Below are positions 36,924-46,909 of a DNA stretch of 64,000 nucleotides, piece after piece. This DNA is from Chloroflexota bacterium (GTDB lineage Bacteria; Chloroflexota; Dormibacteria; Aeolococcales; Aeolococcaceae), in assembly GCA_005880985.1 (NCBI GenBank), contig VBIQ01000008.1, positions 64,003-128,002 on the forward strand. The letters run 5' to 3'. The notes below the pieces were generated by a model. That model had not been told where the DNA came from. It saw only the letters and a list, made by a program, of their open reading frames with translations, and searched no databases. Position 1 is the stretch's first letter. Each line of letters opens with the position of its first letter. A program made the position numbers and the translations under genes.

Positions 36924-39900
36924 CTCTCGGAGCGCCGCCCTGAGGAGCGGCCGGCCCGGCCCGGTGGCCTGGCTGCGGCACGCTGTCGGTAGCCGGCGAC
37001 CAGCTCGAGCAGCGCCGCTCCCCGCGGGCGCCGTCCCGGCCGGATGTCACAGGTCGCCGCCTTGCACTCCTGGATGTGGACGTTGGGGTCGAGCGCCAGC
37101 GGGAGAAGATCGTTGCCCGCATCCCCGGTGCTCAGCCCGCAGACGCCCCAGTGATAGGGCACGCCGACGGTGTGCACCTCGCGCCCCTGGACGCGCACGC
37201 TGGGGATGCGCTCGGTCACCAGCACCCGTGCCTCGATCGCGGTGCGAGTGGTGATGATCGTCGCCCAGCCGCCGTGCTCCAGGGCGCGCTCGGCGGCCAG
37301 TTGCGGGCTCACCTCGCAGAAGAGCTCGGGCTGCAGCTCGGCCAGGTACTCGACCGAACGGCTCATGCCCCCTGCGGTGTGATGCTCGGTGAGGCGGTAG
37401 GTGGTGAGCAGATAGGGGAAGAGACCGTCGTCGTCGAAGGCGTCCGGGGCGTTGTTGTAGGCGTTGAGCGGGTGCCGGAACTGCTGGCGCACGGGATTGC
37501 TCTGCTGGCGGTACAGCGGGTTGCGGAAGACCGACTCCTGCGGCTCGTAGTGGGTGGGGAACGGTCCGTCGCGCAGGCCCTCGGGGACGTACAGCCAGGC
37601 CTTGCCATCTGCCTGCATGATGAACGGCTCGGTGCCGCGCAACGCCTCCTCCGCGGCCGCCTGCTTGCCGGGCTCGTGGTCGGGCGGCATCGTGCGCTTG
37701 AAGTCGGGGGTGTCGATCCCGGTCCACTGGCGCCTGGCGCGGTCCCACCAGACGTAGCGTTTGCGCTCCGACCACGGCTCGCCGCGAGGATCCGCCGAGG
37801 CGCGGTTATAGAGGATGCGCCGGTTGTCGGGCCAGGCCCATCCCCACTCGGCGCCGACGTAGCTCTGCTCGCGGTGCGGCGTGCGGCGCGCCGTCTGGTT
37901 GACACCGTCCCGGTAGCAACCGCTGTAGATCCAGCACCCGCACGCGGTGCTGCCGTCCGCCTTCAGCTCGGTGAACGACGAGAGCTGCTTGCCGTCCGGG
38001 CCCCAACCGCTGATCTCCCGCAACACCGCGTCCGCGCTGGGCTCGGCACGCCTGCCCTCGACCGGATAGTCCCAGGTGAGCTCGAGGACGGGGCGGTTCT
38101 TGGGATCGTCCGGAGCGCGGTCACGCAGCTTCATGCGGATGATCCGGCCGAGGTGGAAATAGAACCACAGGTCGCTGCGACAGTCGCCCCGGGGTTGCAC
38201 CGCGGTGTGGTGCCACTGCAGCAGTCGCTGGGTGTTGGTGAACGAGCCGTCCTTCTCGGTGTGCGACGCCGCCGGCAGGAAGAACACCTCGGTGGGAATG
38301 TCGTCGGTGCGCAGCTCGCCGGTCTCGATCTCCGACGATCGGTACCAGAAGGCGGCGCTCTCGATCTCGACCAGGTCGCGCACCACCAGCCAGTCGAGCC
38401 TGGCCATCGCCATCCGGTTGAGCTTGCCGTTGGCCGAGCCCACCGCCGGGTTCTCCCCGGGCAGGAAGTAGCCCCTGACCCCGCCCTCCAGCATTCCCAT
38501 GGTGAAGACATAGGCGGAGTGGTCGCCGTCGATCCGAGGCAGGTGGCCGAAGGCCCAGTCGTTGTCAGCGGTCGCGTGCTCACCCCACCACGCCTTCATC
38601 AAACTGATGAAGTACTCCTCCATGTGGCCCCAGAAGCCGGTCGGTGCCGAGTTCTTGCGCACGTAGTCCTGATGGCCGAGATACCGCTCGCTGTGCGGCA
38701 TGGGGAGATATCCCGGCAGCAGGTTGTAGAGGGTGGGGATGTCGGTCGAGCCCTGGATGCTGGCGTGGCCGCGCAGCGCCAGGATGCCGCCGCCGGGCCG
38801 GCCGATGTTGCCCAGCAGCTGCTGGACGATCGCCGCGGTGCGGATGTACTGCACCCCGACGGTGTGCTGGGTCCAGCCGACCGCGTAGCAGAAGGCGGAA
38901 GTGCGCTCCCGTCCGCTGTTGGCGCAGAGCGCCTCGGCCACCCGCAGGAAGAGCTGCCGGGGGATGCCGCATGTCTCCTCGACGAGCTCGGGCGTGTAGC
39001 GCCGGTAATGCTTCTTGAGCAGCTGGAAGACACAGCGCGGATGCTGCAGGCTGCGGTCCTGGGGCGGCTCACCGTGCTCGATCGGACGGCCGGCGCCGCC
39101 GGTCTGCTCGCCGTGCGGCACGCCGGGTGGCGCCTCCATCCCGTCGTACAGCCACGACCGCACGTCGTACGCGGCCTTCTTCGCATCGAAGCCGGAGAAG
39201 ACGCCGTCGAGGTCCTCGGTGTCGCGGAAGTCCGCCTTGATGATCGTCGCCGCATTGGTGTACTCGACCACGTAGTCGCGGAAGTACCGCTCGTTCTCGA
39301 GGATGTGGTTGACGATGCCGCCGAGGAAGGCAATGTCCGAGCCGGGGCGGATGGGAACGAAGATGTCGGCGAGGGCGCTGGTGCGAGTGAATCGAGGATC
39401 GACATGGATGATGGTCGCGCCCCGTTCCTTGGCCTCCATCACCCACTGGAATCCGACCGGATGGCACTCCGCCATGTTGGATCCCTGGATGACGATGCAG
39501 TCAGCGTTCTGCAGGTCCTGCTGGAAGGTGGTGGCGCCTCCCCGACCGAAGCTCGTCCCCAGACCGGGGACCGTGGAGCTGTGTCATATCCGCGCCTGGT
39601 TCTCGACCTGGACCACGCCGAGGGCCGTCATCAGCTTCTTGATGAGGTAGTTCTCCTCGTTGTCCAGAGTCGCGCCGCCCAGCGAGGCGATGCCGAGGGT
39701 CCGGTTGCGGGGTCGCTCCTCGTCCCCGTCTCCCTCGGTGCTCTGCCAGGTGGCGTCGCGAGTGGTGATGACCCGCTCGGCGATCATGTCCATCGCCGCA
39801 TCCAGCGACAGTTCCTCCCACTCGGTGCCGAAAGGTCGCCGGTACTTGACCCGGTACTCGCGGCGCGGCGCGGTGACCAGGTTCTTGGTCGCCGCACCCT

Positions 39901-40201
39901 TGGGACATAGCCGGCCGCGCGAGATCGGGCTGTCGGGGTCACCCTCGATCTGGACGATGCGCTCGTCCTTGACGAAGACGCGCTGCCCGCAGCCGACCGC
40001 GCAGTAGGGACAGATGGAGCCGACCACCCGGTCGGCGGTGGCGGTGCGCGGTCGCAGGCGTTCGGTCGCCGGCGAGCGGACCGAGTCGCCACGGCCGAGG
40101 AGGTCACCGCGGGTGAGTTGTCGCACCAGCGGCCAGCGGGCGAGCATGCCCCCGAGACCCATCGGGGGCTGACGGTAGGGGAGTGGACCGCTCGGCGGCA
40201 A
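36920..40201 (-). CDS. fdhA: Formate dehydrogenase alpha subunit, molybdopterin-dependent, selenocysteine-containing (in-frame TGA at 39584-39586); N-terminal start uncertain (TTG 40201, ATG 40162 or 40147)
   Basis: The two track ORFs (39584-40201 and 36920-39475) are in the same frame, separated only by TGA. The flanking sequence ENQARI-U-HSSTVPGLGTSFGRGGATTF closely matches the E. coli FdnG/FdhF Sec region (NQARV-U-HGPTVASLAPTFGRGAMTNHW). N-terminal CPYCAVGCG...C [4Fe-4S] motif. Confidence 0.85.
39540..39583 (-). promoter_or_regulatory. Candidate bacterial SECIS hairpin directly 3' of the Sec UGA
   Basis: On the coding strand, 11 nt after UGA: GUCCCC-GGUCU-GGGGAC stem-loop whose GGUCU apical loop resembles the E. 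coli fdhF SECIS loop; structure judged by eye only. Confidence 0.5.
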
Positions 40202-40253
40202 GACGGCCGATCGCTACCCGTGTCGAAGCGAAGGTACTTTGGTCGCGCCGACC

Positions 40254-40457
40254 CTACGCGGCGGTGGCGATGACCTGGCCGCCCCGCCCCGTCACCCTCA
40301 GCGTGCAGCGTTCGACGTCCAGCGGTCCTGCCAGGGTGTCGCCGCAGCCGAGGCAGCGACCACGCAGCCCGCCGGCCGCCTCCTCCAGGGCTCGATGACG
40401 TCCGCCGCATCGCCGGCACTCTGCTAGGCGCAGTACGAAGGTATCCATGTTCAGCAC
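40254..40457 (-). CDS. Small zinc-ribbon-like hypothetical protein (about 65 aa) immediately upstream of fdhA
   Basis: Two CxxC pairs (CRRCGG...CLGCGD), strong GC3 bias, same strand and about 50 bp from fdhA. Confidence 0.4.
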   Translation of the reverse strand: MLNMDTFVLRLAECRRCGGRHRALEEAAGGLRGRCLGCGDTLAGPLDVERCTLRVTGRGGQVIATAA

Positions 40458-40556
40458 CGTGACATGACGACGCCGCCGTCACCAGGGGCGCGGTGCACGA
40501 GATTTGCTCCGCCCGAACTGTGCGCGGCGACGGTTCTCGCCGGCACGACGAGCCGC

Positions 40557-41243
40557 CTATTCGCCCATCGACCGTGCCGTTCGGACACCGCGAACTACGG
40601 CGAAGCCCAACACCAGGACCACCAGGGCTCCGGTGAACCAGAGCCCGTAATGGGAGATGTTGTCCGCAATGCTGGTGGCGCGGCTTCCCAACGCCCAACC
40701 CAGGCACACGAGCAGCCCGATCCAGGACAGGGTTCCCAGCGCGTCGGCCGCGGCGAAGAGCGGGATCGGCATTCGCGCCTCTCCGGCGGCGATGTAGAGG
40801 AGGAGGTTGGGCACCGGGAGGAAGTACCCGAAGGCTATGGTCCAGGCGCCCCAGCGGGCGAAGAATCTCTCCCCGCGGGCCACCAGCCGTTGCGAGCGTG
40901 GGCTCTGACGCGCGTAGTGCTCCAGGATGCGGCGTCCGTAGCGCCGGCCGGCCCAGTAATAGAAGGGGTCGACGGCCACCATGATCGGAATGGGGGTGAT
41001 CATCGCCAGCCAGATCGGCCCCTTGGCGCCCGAGGCGATCAACGCCGAGATGCTGCCGCGGAGCGCCGATAGGAGGAACGGGTGGGGTCCGATCAGCCAC
41101 GGCCCCAGCGGAATCGAGGCCCACGCGTAGATCGCCATCACGAATGGCGGCCCGAGGCAGGCGACGTCGGTGCGGGTGATGGTCAAGCCGCCCGGCTGCG
41201 GCGGTGCCGGCTCGGACGACGGGGCGCGCGCGGCCTCCTCCAC
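40557..41243 (-). CDS. DedA-family (VTT/SNARE-associated domain) membrane protein
   Basis: DedA signature (FYYWAGRRYGRR...) with flanking TM helices. Confidence 0.85.
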   Translation of the reverse strand: MEEAARAPSSEPAPPQPGGLTITRTDVACLGPPFVMAIYAWASIPLGPWLIGPHPFLLSALRGSISALIASGAKGPIWLAMITPIPIMVAVDPFYYWAGRRYGRRILEHYARQSPRSQRLVARGERFFARWGAWTIAFGYFLPVPNLLLYIAAGEARMPIPLFAAADALGTLSWIGLLVCLGWALGSRATSIADNISHYGLWFTGALVVLVLGFAVVRGVRTARSMGE

Positions 41244-41290
41244 CAGGTGATTCTCCGTGTTGACCGCCGGTGAGAGGCTGGGCGCGACGG

Positions 41291-41596
41291 CTACCAGCGC
41301 CGTCCGGACCAGAAGCGCCGCCGTCGCACTCCGCCCAGGCCGCGGCCGCCGCTCAGCACGCGGAGGAGCGCCAGCAGCAGGACCGCGCCGACGAAGGCGA
41401 CCACCACGCTCCAGAGCCCGCGGTAGTCGACGCTGGGATCGACGGCCCGGAAGACGGCGCCGCCCACGATGGCTCCGGCGAGGCCGACCACCAGGTCGCC
41501 GAGCAGGCCGAAGCCTCCGCCCTCGACCACGCGGCCCGCCAGCCAGCCGGCCACGATGCCGATGACGATCCAGGCGATGAGGCTGTGGGTGGGCAT
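41291..41596 (-). CDS. GlsB/YeaQ/YmgE-family (transglycosylase-associated) small membrane protein
   Basis: About 100 aa, three Gly-rich TM helices (LIAWIVIGIVAGWLAG...GDLVVGLAGAIVGG...); the ATG at 41594-41596 was checked on the reverse strand. Confidence 0.7.
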   Translation of the reverse strand: MPTHSLIAWIVIGIVAGWLAGRVVEGGGFGLLGDLVVGLAGAIVGGAVFRAVDPSVDYRGLWSVVVAFVGAVLLLALLRVLSGGRGLGGVRRRRFWSGRRW

Positions 41597-41653
41597 TGGC
41601 AGGACGTGTATAGCATCAGGGTCGTCGGCGGCGACGGTGGTGAGGTGGATGTG

Positions 41654-43072
41654 ATGGCGATCCAGGCGGCGCGGATGAAATCGGTCGATCCGGCCACCGG
41701 AGAGACCATCGCGGAGTTCGACGTCATGGGGGAGGCCGACGTCGACCGCGCCCTGGCTCAGGCGCACGCGATCTTCCCCGGGTGGCGGGACGCCGGCTTC
41801 GCCGAGCGGGCGCGGCTGATGCGCGCCGCCGCGGAGCGCCTGCGCGGTGACCGGGAGAGGCTCGCCCGGATCATCACCGCCGAGATGGGCAAGGTGATCG
41901 CCGAGGCCGAGGCCGAGGTGGAGAAGTGCGCCTTCGCCTGCGACTACTACGCGGAGAACGCCGCCCGCTTCCTCGCCGACGAGCCCTTCCCCAGCGATGT
42001 GCCCGGCAGTTTCGTCGCCTTCGAGCCCCTCGGCGCCGTGCTGGCGGTGATGCCGTGGAACTTCCCCCTCTGGCAGGTGTTCCGTTTTGCCGCCCCCAAT
42101 CTGATGGCGGGCAACACCGCGGTGCTGAAGCACGCCGCCAACGTCAGCCGCTGCGCTCTGGAGATCGAGGACGTCTTCCGCCACGCCGGATTTCCCGAGG
42201 GCGCGTTTCGCACCCTGCTCCTCCCCGGGGACCGGGTCGGCTCGGTGATCGCCGATCCGCGGGTGCGGGCCGTCACCCTGACCGGGAGCGACACCACCGG
42301 CAGCAAGGTGGCGGCCGTGGCCGGCGAGCATCTCAAGAAGACGGTGCTCGAGCTGGGCGGATCCGACGCCTTCATCGTGCTCGCCGATGCCGACCTCGAC
42401 GCGGCGGCCACCACCGCGGTGCGGTCGCGATTCCAGAACGCCGGCCAGAGCTGCATCGCCGCCAAGCGCTTCATCGTGGTCGAGGCGGTGGCCGCGGAGT
42501 TCGAGTCGAAGATGGCAGCAACAGCGGCACGGCTGAAGGTGGGCGATCCCCGCGAGCCGGGGGTCGACATGGGACCGCTGGCCCGCGAGGACCTGCGCCA
42601 GACGCTGGAGAGGCAGCTCGAGCAGTCGCTGCAGGCGGGGGCGCGGCTGCTCACCGGTGGCGGGCGGGCGGGGCAGCGGGGCTGGTTCTTCGAGCCCACC
42701 GTGATCACCGATTGCACGCTGGAGATGCCCGCCGTCGCCGAGGAGACCTTCGGTCCCCTGGCGGCGGTGATCCGCGTCTCCGGCGAGGAAGAGGCGGTGG
42801 ATGTCGCCAACCGGTCCCAGTACGGCCTCGGTGGCAACCTCTGGACCGCCGACGTCGAGCGGGGTGTCGCCCTGGCGCGACAGCTCGAGACCGGTGGGGT
42901 CTTCATCAACGGGATGACCCACTCCGACCCGCGTCTGCCGTTCGGCGGCGTCAAGCGCAGCGGCTACGGGCGGGAACTGTCCAGCTTCGGCATCCGCGAG
43001 TTCGTCAACGTGCAGACCATCTGGATTCCCGGCGAGCAGGACGGCCGGCGCCCGTCCGTCGCCGTCGAGTAG
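41654..43072 (+). CDS. NAD(P)-dependent aldehyde dehydrogenase, succinate-semialdehyde dehydrogenase-like
   Basis: ALDH catalytic Cys (FQNAGQSCIAAKR) and Glu (LELGGSDAF) motifs, NAD-binding region; about 470 aa from ATG 41654. Confidence 0.9.
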   Translation: MAIQAARMKSVDPATGETIAEFDVMGEADVDRALAQAHAIFPGWRDAGFAERARLMRAAAERLRGDRERLARIITAEMGKVIAEAEAEVEKCAFACDYYAENAARFLADEPFPSDVPGSFVAFEPLGAVLAVMPWNFPLWQVFRFAAPNLMAGNTAVLKHAANVSRCALEIEDVFRHAGFPEGAFRTLLLPGDRVGSVIADPRVRAVTLTGSDTTGSKVAAVAGEHLKKTVLELGGSDAFIVLADADLDAAATTAVRSRFQNAGQSCIAAKRFIVVEAVAAEFESKMAATAARLKVGDPREPGVDMGPLAREDLRQTLERQLEQSLQAGARLLTGGGRAGQRGWFFEPTVITDCTLEMPAVAEETFGPLAAVIRVSGEEEAVDVANRSQYGLGGNLWTADVERGVALARQLETGGVFINGMTHSDPRLPFGGVKRSGYGRELSSFGIREFVNVQTIWIPGEQDGRRPSVAVE

Positions 43073-43075
43073 ACG

Positions 43076-43516
43076 GTGGGGGAGATCGCCGAGGGGTCGG
43101 GAGTGGTGGTGGTGAGGCCGTGCCGCCGGGACGAGGTCGCGACCATCCTCGAACTCTGGCGCAACGCCGGCGCTCCCCCGAGCGTCACCGACGACTCCGC
43201 CGGCCTCAACCGTCTGCTCGACCGCGATCCCCAATGCCTGCTCGTCGCCGAGGTCGACGGCGAGGTCGGCGGGACGGTGATCGCCGGCTTCGACGGCTGG
43301 CGCGGCCACATGTACCGGCTCGCCGTGCTGCCGGCCCATCGGCGACGCGGAATCGCCCGCCGTCTGGTCGTCGAGGCCGAGCGGCGGTTGCAGCGCGTTG
43401 GTGCGGTGCGCGTCGGCGCGGTGGTCATCACCGCCAACCCGGAGGCGGTCGGCTTCTGGTCGGCGGCCGGCTACCGGCTCGACGGGACGATGCGGCGCTT
43501 CATCAAGGACTTCTGA
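43076..43516 (+). CDS. GNAT-family N-acetyltransferase
   Basis: Acetyl-CoA binding motif (LAVLPAHRRRGIARRLV). Confidence 0.8.
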   Translation: MGEIAEGSGVVVVRPCRRDEVATILELWRNAGAPPSVTDDSAGLNRLLDRDPQCLLVAEVDGEVGGTVIAGFDGWRGHMYRLAVLPAHRRRGIARRLVVEAERRLQRVGAVRVGAVVITANPEAVGFWSAAGYRLDGTMRRFIKDF

Positions 43517-43546
43517 GCGAGGCGAGGTCGTGCGCCACGCGCGGCG

Positions 43547-44470
43547 TCAGAGCCGTAGCGCGAGCTGTCGCGGCGCCGCCGGCGGCTCGCGCCGGGGCGC
43601 GGGCTGCTCACTGAAGCCCCAGCGTGCACGCAGCGATGCCATTGCCTCCAGGGCCGGCGCCGCCACCGCGGACGGAACGCTCGTCCTGCCGGCAAAGATC
43701 TGCTGGTAGCGCGGCACCAGTTCTGGCCAGTCGCGGGACAGCGCCTCGATGAAGTGCTCGCGCGTTCCCGGCTGCAGGCGCACCATGCTCGGCCAGACGA
43801 AGCTGGCTCCCGATCGGCGGGCGGCGGCGAGCACGGCGGCCAGGCTGTCGGCGCCGTCGCTGAGTCCTGGGAGGATGGGCGCCACCGCGACACCGGCGTT
43901 GACTCCGGCGGCGCGCAGCCGCTCCAGAGCCCGCAGCCGCGCCCGCGGAGGTGCGGTGCCGGGCTCGGTGGTGCGCCACACGGCGTCGTCAAGAGTCGGA
44001 ACGCTGAAGATGACGGTGGCCCCGGCGTGCGCCGTCATCGTCGCCAGCACGTCGATGTCGCGCACCGCCATCGGTCCCCGGGTGATCAGCGCCGCCGGGG
44101 TGCGGAAGTCGTCGAGCGCCACGAGGCAGGCGCGCGTCAGGCGGTAGCTGCCCTCCGCGGGTTGGTAGGGATCGGTCGCGGTGCCGATGTGCACCGACTG
44201 CCGCTGCCATGACCGTCGCGACAGCTCCCAGCGCAGCCGTTCGGCGATGTTGACCTTGACCCGCACGGTTCGCCCGTAGCGTTCGTCGGAGGCCCGGTCG
44301 GCGCGGCGTTCGAAGGAGCGCACGTAGCAGAAGGTGCAGCGATGGGCGCAGCCGACGTACGGGTTGAGCGACCACTCGAACCCCATGCCGACCACGTGGT
44401 GGAGGGCGGCGCGGCACGGCTGCTCGAGGTAGGCGGTGGGCAGCCGGCGAGCGTTCACGGGACCGCCCAT
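43547..44470 (-). CDS. Radical SAM protein, SPL/DNA-repair-photolyase-like family (COG1533-type)
   Basis: CxxxCxxC cluster (CAHRCTFCY) in an SPL-like N-terminal context (LNPYVGCAHRCTFCYV). Confidence 0.8.
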   Translation of the reverse strand: MGGPVNARRLPTAYLEQPCRAALHHVVGMGFEWSLNPYVGCAHRCTFCYVRSFERRADRASDERYGRTVRVKVNIAERLRWELSRRSWQRQSVHIGTATDPYQPAEGSYRLTRACLVALDDFRTPAALITRGPMAVRDIDVLATMTAHAGATVIFSVPTLDDAVWRTTEPGTAPPRARLRALERLRAAGVNAGVAVAPILPGLSDGADSLAAVLAAARRSGASFVWPSMVRLQPGTREHFIEALSRDWPELVPRYQQIFAGRTSVPSAVAAPALEAMASLRARWGFSEQPAPRREPPAAPRQLALRL

Positions 44471-44545
44471 TGTAGAACATATGTTCGCGCCAGGTCGGGG
44501 CCCCGCTCCCGTCCCGCCTGGCCCCGTCCGAGCCGGCCGCGTCGC

Positions 44546-45562
44546 TCAGTTGGCGGTGGCGTAGACCCAGTCGGCGATCCGCCGCCGGTGCCAGTCGGCG
44601 TCGCCGTAGGCGATCTCGAGCGCCTTGCCCCGCTTCAGCCAGAGGTGGAGGTCGTGCTCCCAGGTGAAGCCGATGCCGCCGTGGAGCTGGAGGGCCTCGT
44701 AGTTGGCCCGGCGCTCGGCGTCGCTGGCGTAGGCCTTGGCCACCGACACCGCGATCGGGGCGTCGGGCAGCTCGTTGGCGAGGGCGTAGGCCGCGTAGTA
44801 CACCGCGCTGCGGGCCGACTCCACCAGCAGCAGGGTCTCCGCCAGCTTGTGCTGCACCGCCTGGAAGGCGCCGATGCGGCGGCCGAACTGCTCGCGCTGC
44901 TGCACGTAGGCGACCGTCTGGTCGAGGAGCGCCGCGGCGACGCCGACCAGGACGGTCGCGGTGGCGGCGGCGGCGTGGTCGAAGGCCCAGTGGGCCGGTT
45001 CGCGGCCGCCCGCCAGGCGGGTGTCGTCACCGGTCTCCGCCGCGGTCACCTCGAAGAGCCGGCGGGTGCCGTCCCAGCTGCGCAGCGGGGTCAGGGTCAG
45101 CCGGTCCTGGGTGAGCGCGTGCAGCTCGCCGTCACGCTCGAGAACGACCAGGTCGGCGGTGGCGTCGGCGACGAACGGGGAGGAGGCCAGTCCGATGCTG
45201 GCGGTCGCCTCACCGGACGAGAGCCGTGGCAACCACTCGCGTCGCTGCGCCTCGCTGCCGGCGTGCGCCAGCAGCGGCGCCGCCACCGCGGTGTGCTCGA
45301 GCAGCGGCTCCGGCAGCAGGCTGCGTCCCGCCTCCTCGAGCAGCAGCACCAGGTCGACCTCGTTCATCCCCGAGCCGCCGTACTCCTCGGGGACGGTGAG
45401 GCCGACGACTCCCAGCTCGGCGAGCTTGCGCCAGCGTTCCGGTGAGCGACCGCCGGGATCGTCGTAGAGCGCGCGGATGTGCTTGGGGGTGCATTCCCGC
45501 CGCAACAGGTCGCGCACCGTGTCGCGGAGCAGGTACTGCTCCTCCGAGAAGTCGAAGTCCAC
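44546..45562 (-). CDS. Acyl-CoA dehydrogenase family protein, short (338 aa) beta-like subunit
   Basis: ACAD fold; the N-terminal region is short relative to canonical ACADs, and the gene is adjacent and co-oriented with a full-length ACAD. Confidence 0.8.
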   Translation of the reverse strand: MDFDFSEEQYLLRDTVRDLLRRECTPKHIRALYDDPGGRSPERWRKLAELGVVGLTVPEEYGGSGMNEVDLVLLLEEAGRSLLPEPLLEHTAVAAPLLAHAGSEAQRREWLPRLSSGEATASIGLASSPFVADATADLVVLERDGELHALTQDRLTLTPLRSWDGTRRLFEVTAAETGDDTRLAGGREPAHWAFDHAAAATATVLVGVAAALLDQTVAYVQQREQFGRRIGAFQAVQHKLAETLLLVESARSAVYYAAYALANELPDAPIAVSVAKAYASDAERRANYEALQLHGGIGFTWEHDLHLWLKRGKALEIAYGDADWHRRRIADWVYATAN

Positions 45563-45576
45563 GGCTCAGCAGCCCG

Positions 45577-46764
45577 TTATTCGCGGGGGAGGCCGAGCAC
45601 GCGCTGGGCGATCACGTTCTTCTGCACCTCGCTGGTGCCGGCGAAGATCATGCTGGCGCGGGCGTAGAGGTACTCGCTGTACCAGTCGCCGTTGCGTTCG
45701 GCGCCGGGTGATCCCTTGGCCAGCTCGGCCCGCGGACCGAGCACGTCCATGGCGAGCTCCTCGAGGCGTGCCTCCATCTCCGACCAGTACAGCTTGGTCA
45801 GCGACGCCTCGGGGCCGAGGGTGCCTCCCTTGGCCAGGCGGGTGAGCGTCCGCTGCGAGCTCAGTTCGAAGATGCGGGTCTCGATATACGCCTGCGCCAC
45901 CCGGCGGCGGATGTCGGGGTCGTCGGCGGCGACGCCGCCGTCGCGGGGCGAGCGGCGGGTCAGGTCGACGACCTCGTCGAGGATGCGGTTGAAGACGGCC
46001 GGGCTGCCGAGACCGGTGCCGCGCTCGAACCCGAGGGTGGTCATCGCCACCCTCCAGCCCTCGTCGACGGCTCCCACCACGTTGCTTGCCGGGGTCCGAG
46101 CCTCGGTGAAGAAGATCTCGGCGAAGCGGGCGTCACCGTTGATCTGCACCAACGGGCGCACCTCCACCCCGGGGGCGTGCATGTCACAGAGGATGAAGCT
46201 GATGCCCTTGTGCTTGGGGGCATCGGGATTGGTCCGGCAGAGCACGAAGATCCAGTCGCCGAAGACCCCCAGGGAGGTCCAGATCTTCTGGCCGGTGATG
46301 ACGAAATCATCACCGTCACGGACGGCGCGGGTGCGCAGCGAGGCCAGGTCGCTGCCGGCGTTGGGTTCGGAGAACCCCTGGCACCAGATCTCGTCGCAGC
46401 GCGCGATCTTGGAGAGGTGAGCCTCCCGCTGCTCCGCGGTGCCGTGCAGCATCAGCGTCGGTGCCAGCAGGTTCAGTCCCAGCCGGTTGATGCGGTCTGG
46501 GCCCTTGGCTCGCACGTACTCGTCGGTGAAAAGCGCCTGCTGCACCAGGCTGGCGCCGCGGCCGCCGTACTCCTTGGGCCAGGTCACCGCCCCCCAGCCG
46601 GCATCGAAGAGGATGCGTTCCCACTCCCGGTAGCGCTCGAAGCGCTCCCCCCCGTCCTCCCAGTTGACCGCGCGCACGTGCTCGATCTGGTCGCGGTTCT
46701 CCGCCAACCAGCCACGCACCTCGTCGCGGAAGGCGGCATCCTCGGGGCTGAGCTCGAAGTCCAC
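45577..46764 (-). CDS. Acyl-CoA dehydrogenase (395 aa; GTG start after a GGAGGA RBS)
   Basis: ACAD motifs including the catalytic Glu region (FAGTSEVQKNVIAQRVLGLP); N-terminus VDFELSPEDAAFRDEV typical of ACADs. Confidence 0.85.
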   Translation of the reverse strand: MDFELSPEDAAFRDEVRGWLAENRDQIEHVRAVNWEDGGERFERYREWERILFDAGWGAVTWPKEYGGRGASLVQQALFTDEYVRAKGPDRINRLGLNLLAPTLMLHGTAEQREAHLSKIARCDEIWCQGFSEPNAGSDLASLRTRAVRDGDDFVITGQKIWTSLGVFGDWIFVLCRTNPDAPKHKGISFILCDMHAPGVEVRPLVQINGDARFAEIFFTEARTPASNVVGAVDEGWRVAMTTLGFERGTGLGSPAVFNRILDEVVDLTRRSPRDGGVAADDPDIRRRVAQAYIETRIFELSSQRTLTRLAKGGTLGPEASLTKLYWSEMEARLEELAMDVLGPRAELAKGSPGAERNGDWYSEYLYARASMIFAGTSEVQKNVIAQRVLGLPRE

Positions 46765-46909
46765 CGGTCTGTCCTCCTGACCTCCCCTCCGGTCCCCACG
46801 GCAGCGCCGCCGAGTGCGGCCGATGATGGCACGACCGCGGTCACGCACGGAGCGGCACCCGACCCGATCGACGTCGAATCCTGGGGCGGCTCAGCGGTAC
46901 GCTGCCGCC

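Noticed and set aside
35173-37122. 649-aa minus-strand ORF spanning the fdhB region.
   Set aside because: Only the last 297 aa (NrfD-like, 35173-36066) are real. The upstream part is an out-of-frame read-through of fdhB, which has clear ferredoxin motifs in its own frame.
39475-39586. Apparent gene break or pseudogene in the formate dehydrogenase alpha subunit.
   Set aside because: The two ORFs are in the same frame separated by a single TGA whose context matches a conserved Sec site, with a downstream hairpin. This is interpreted as selenocysteine, not a disruption.
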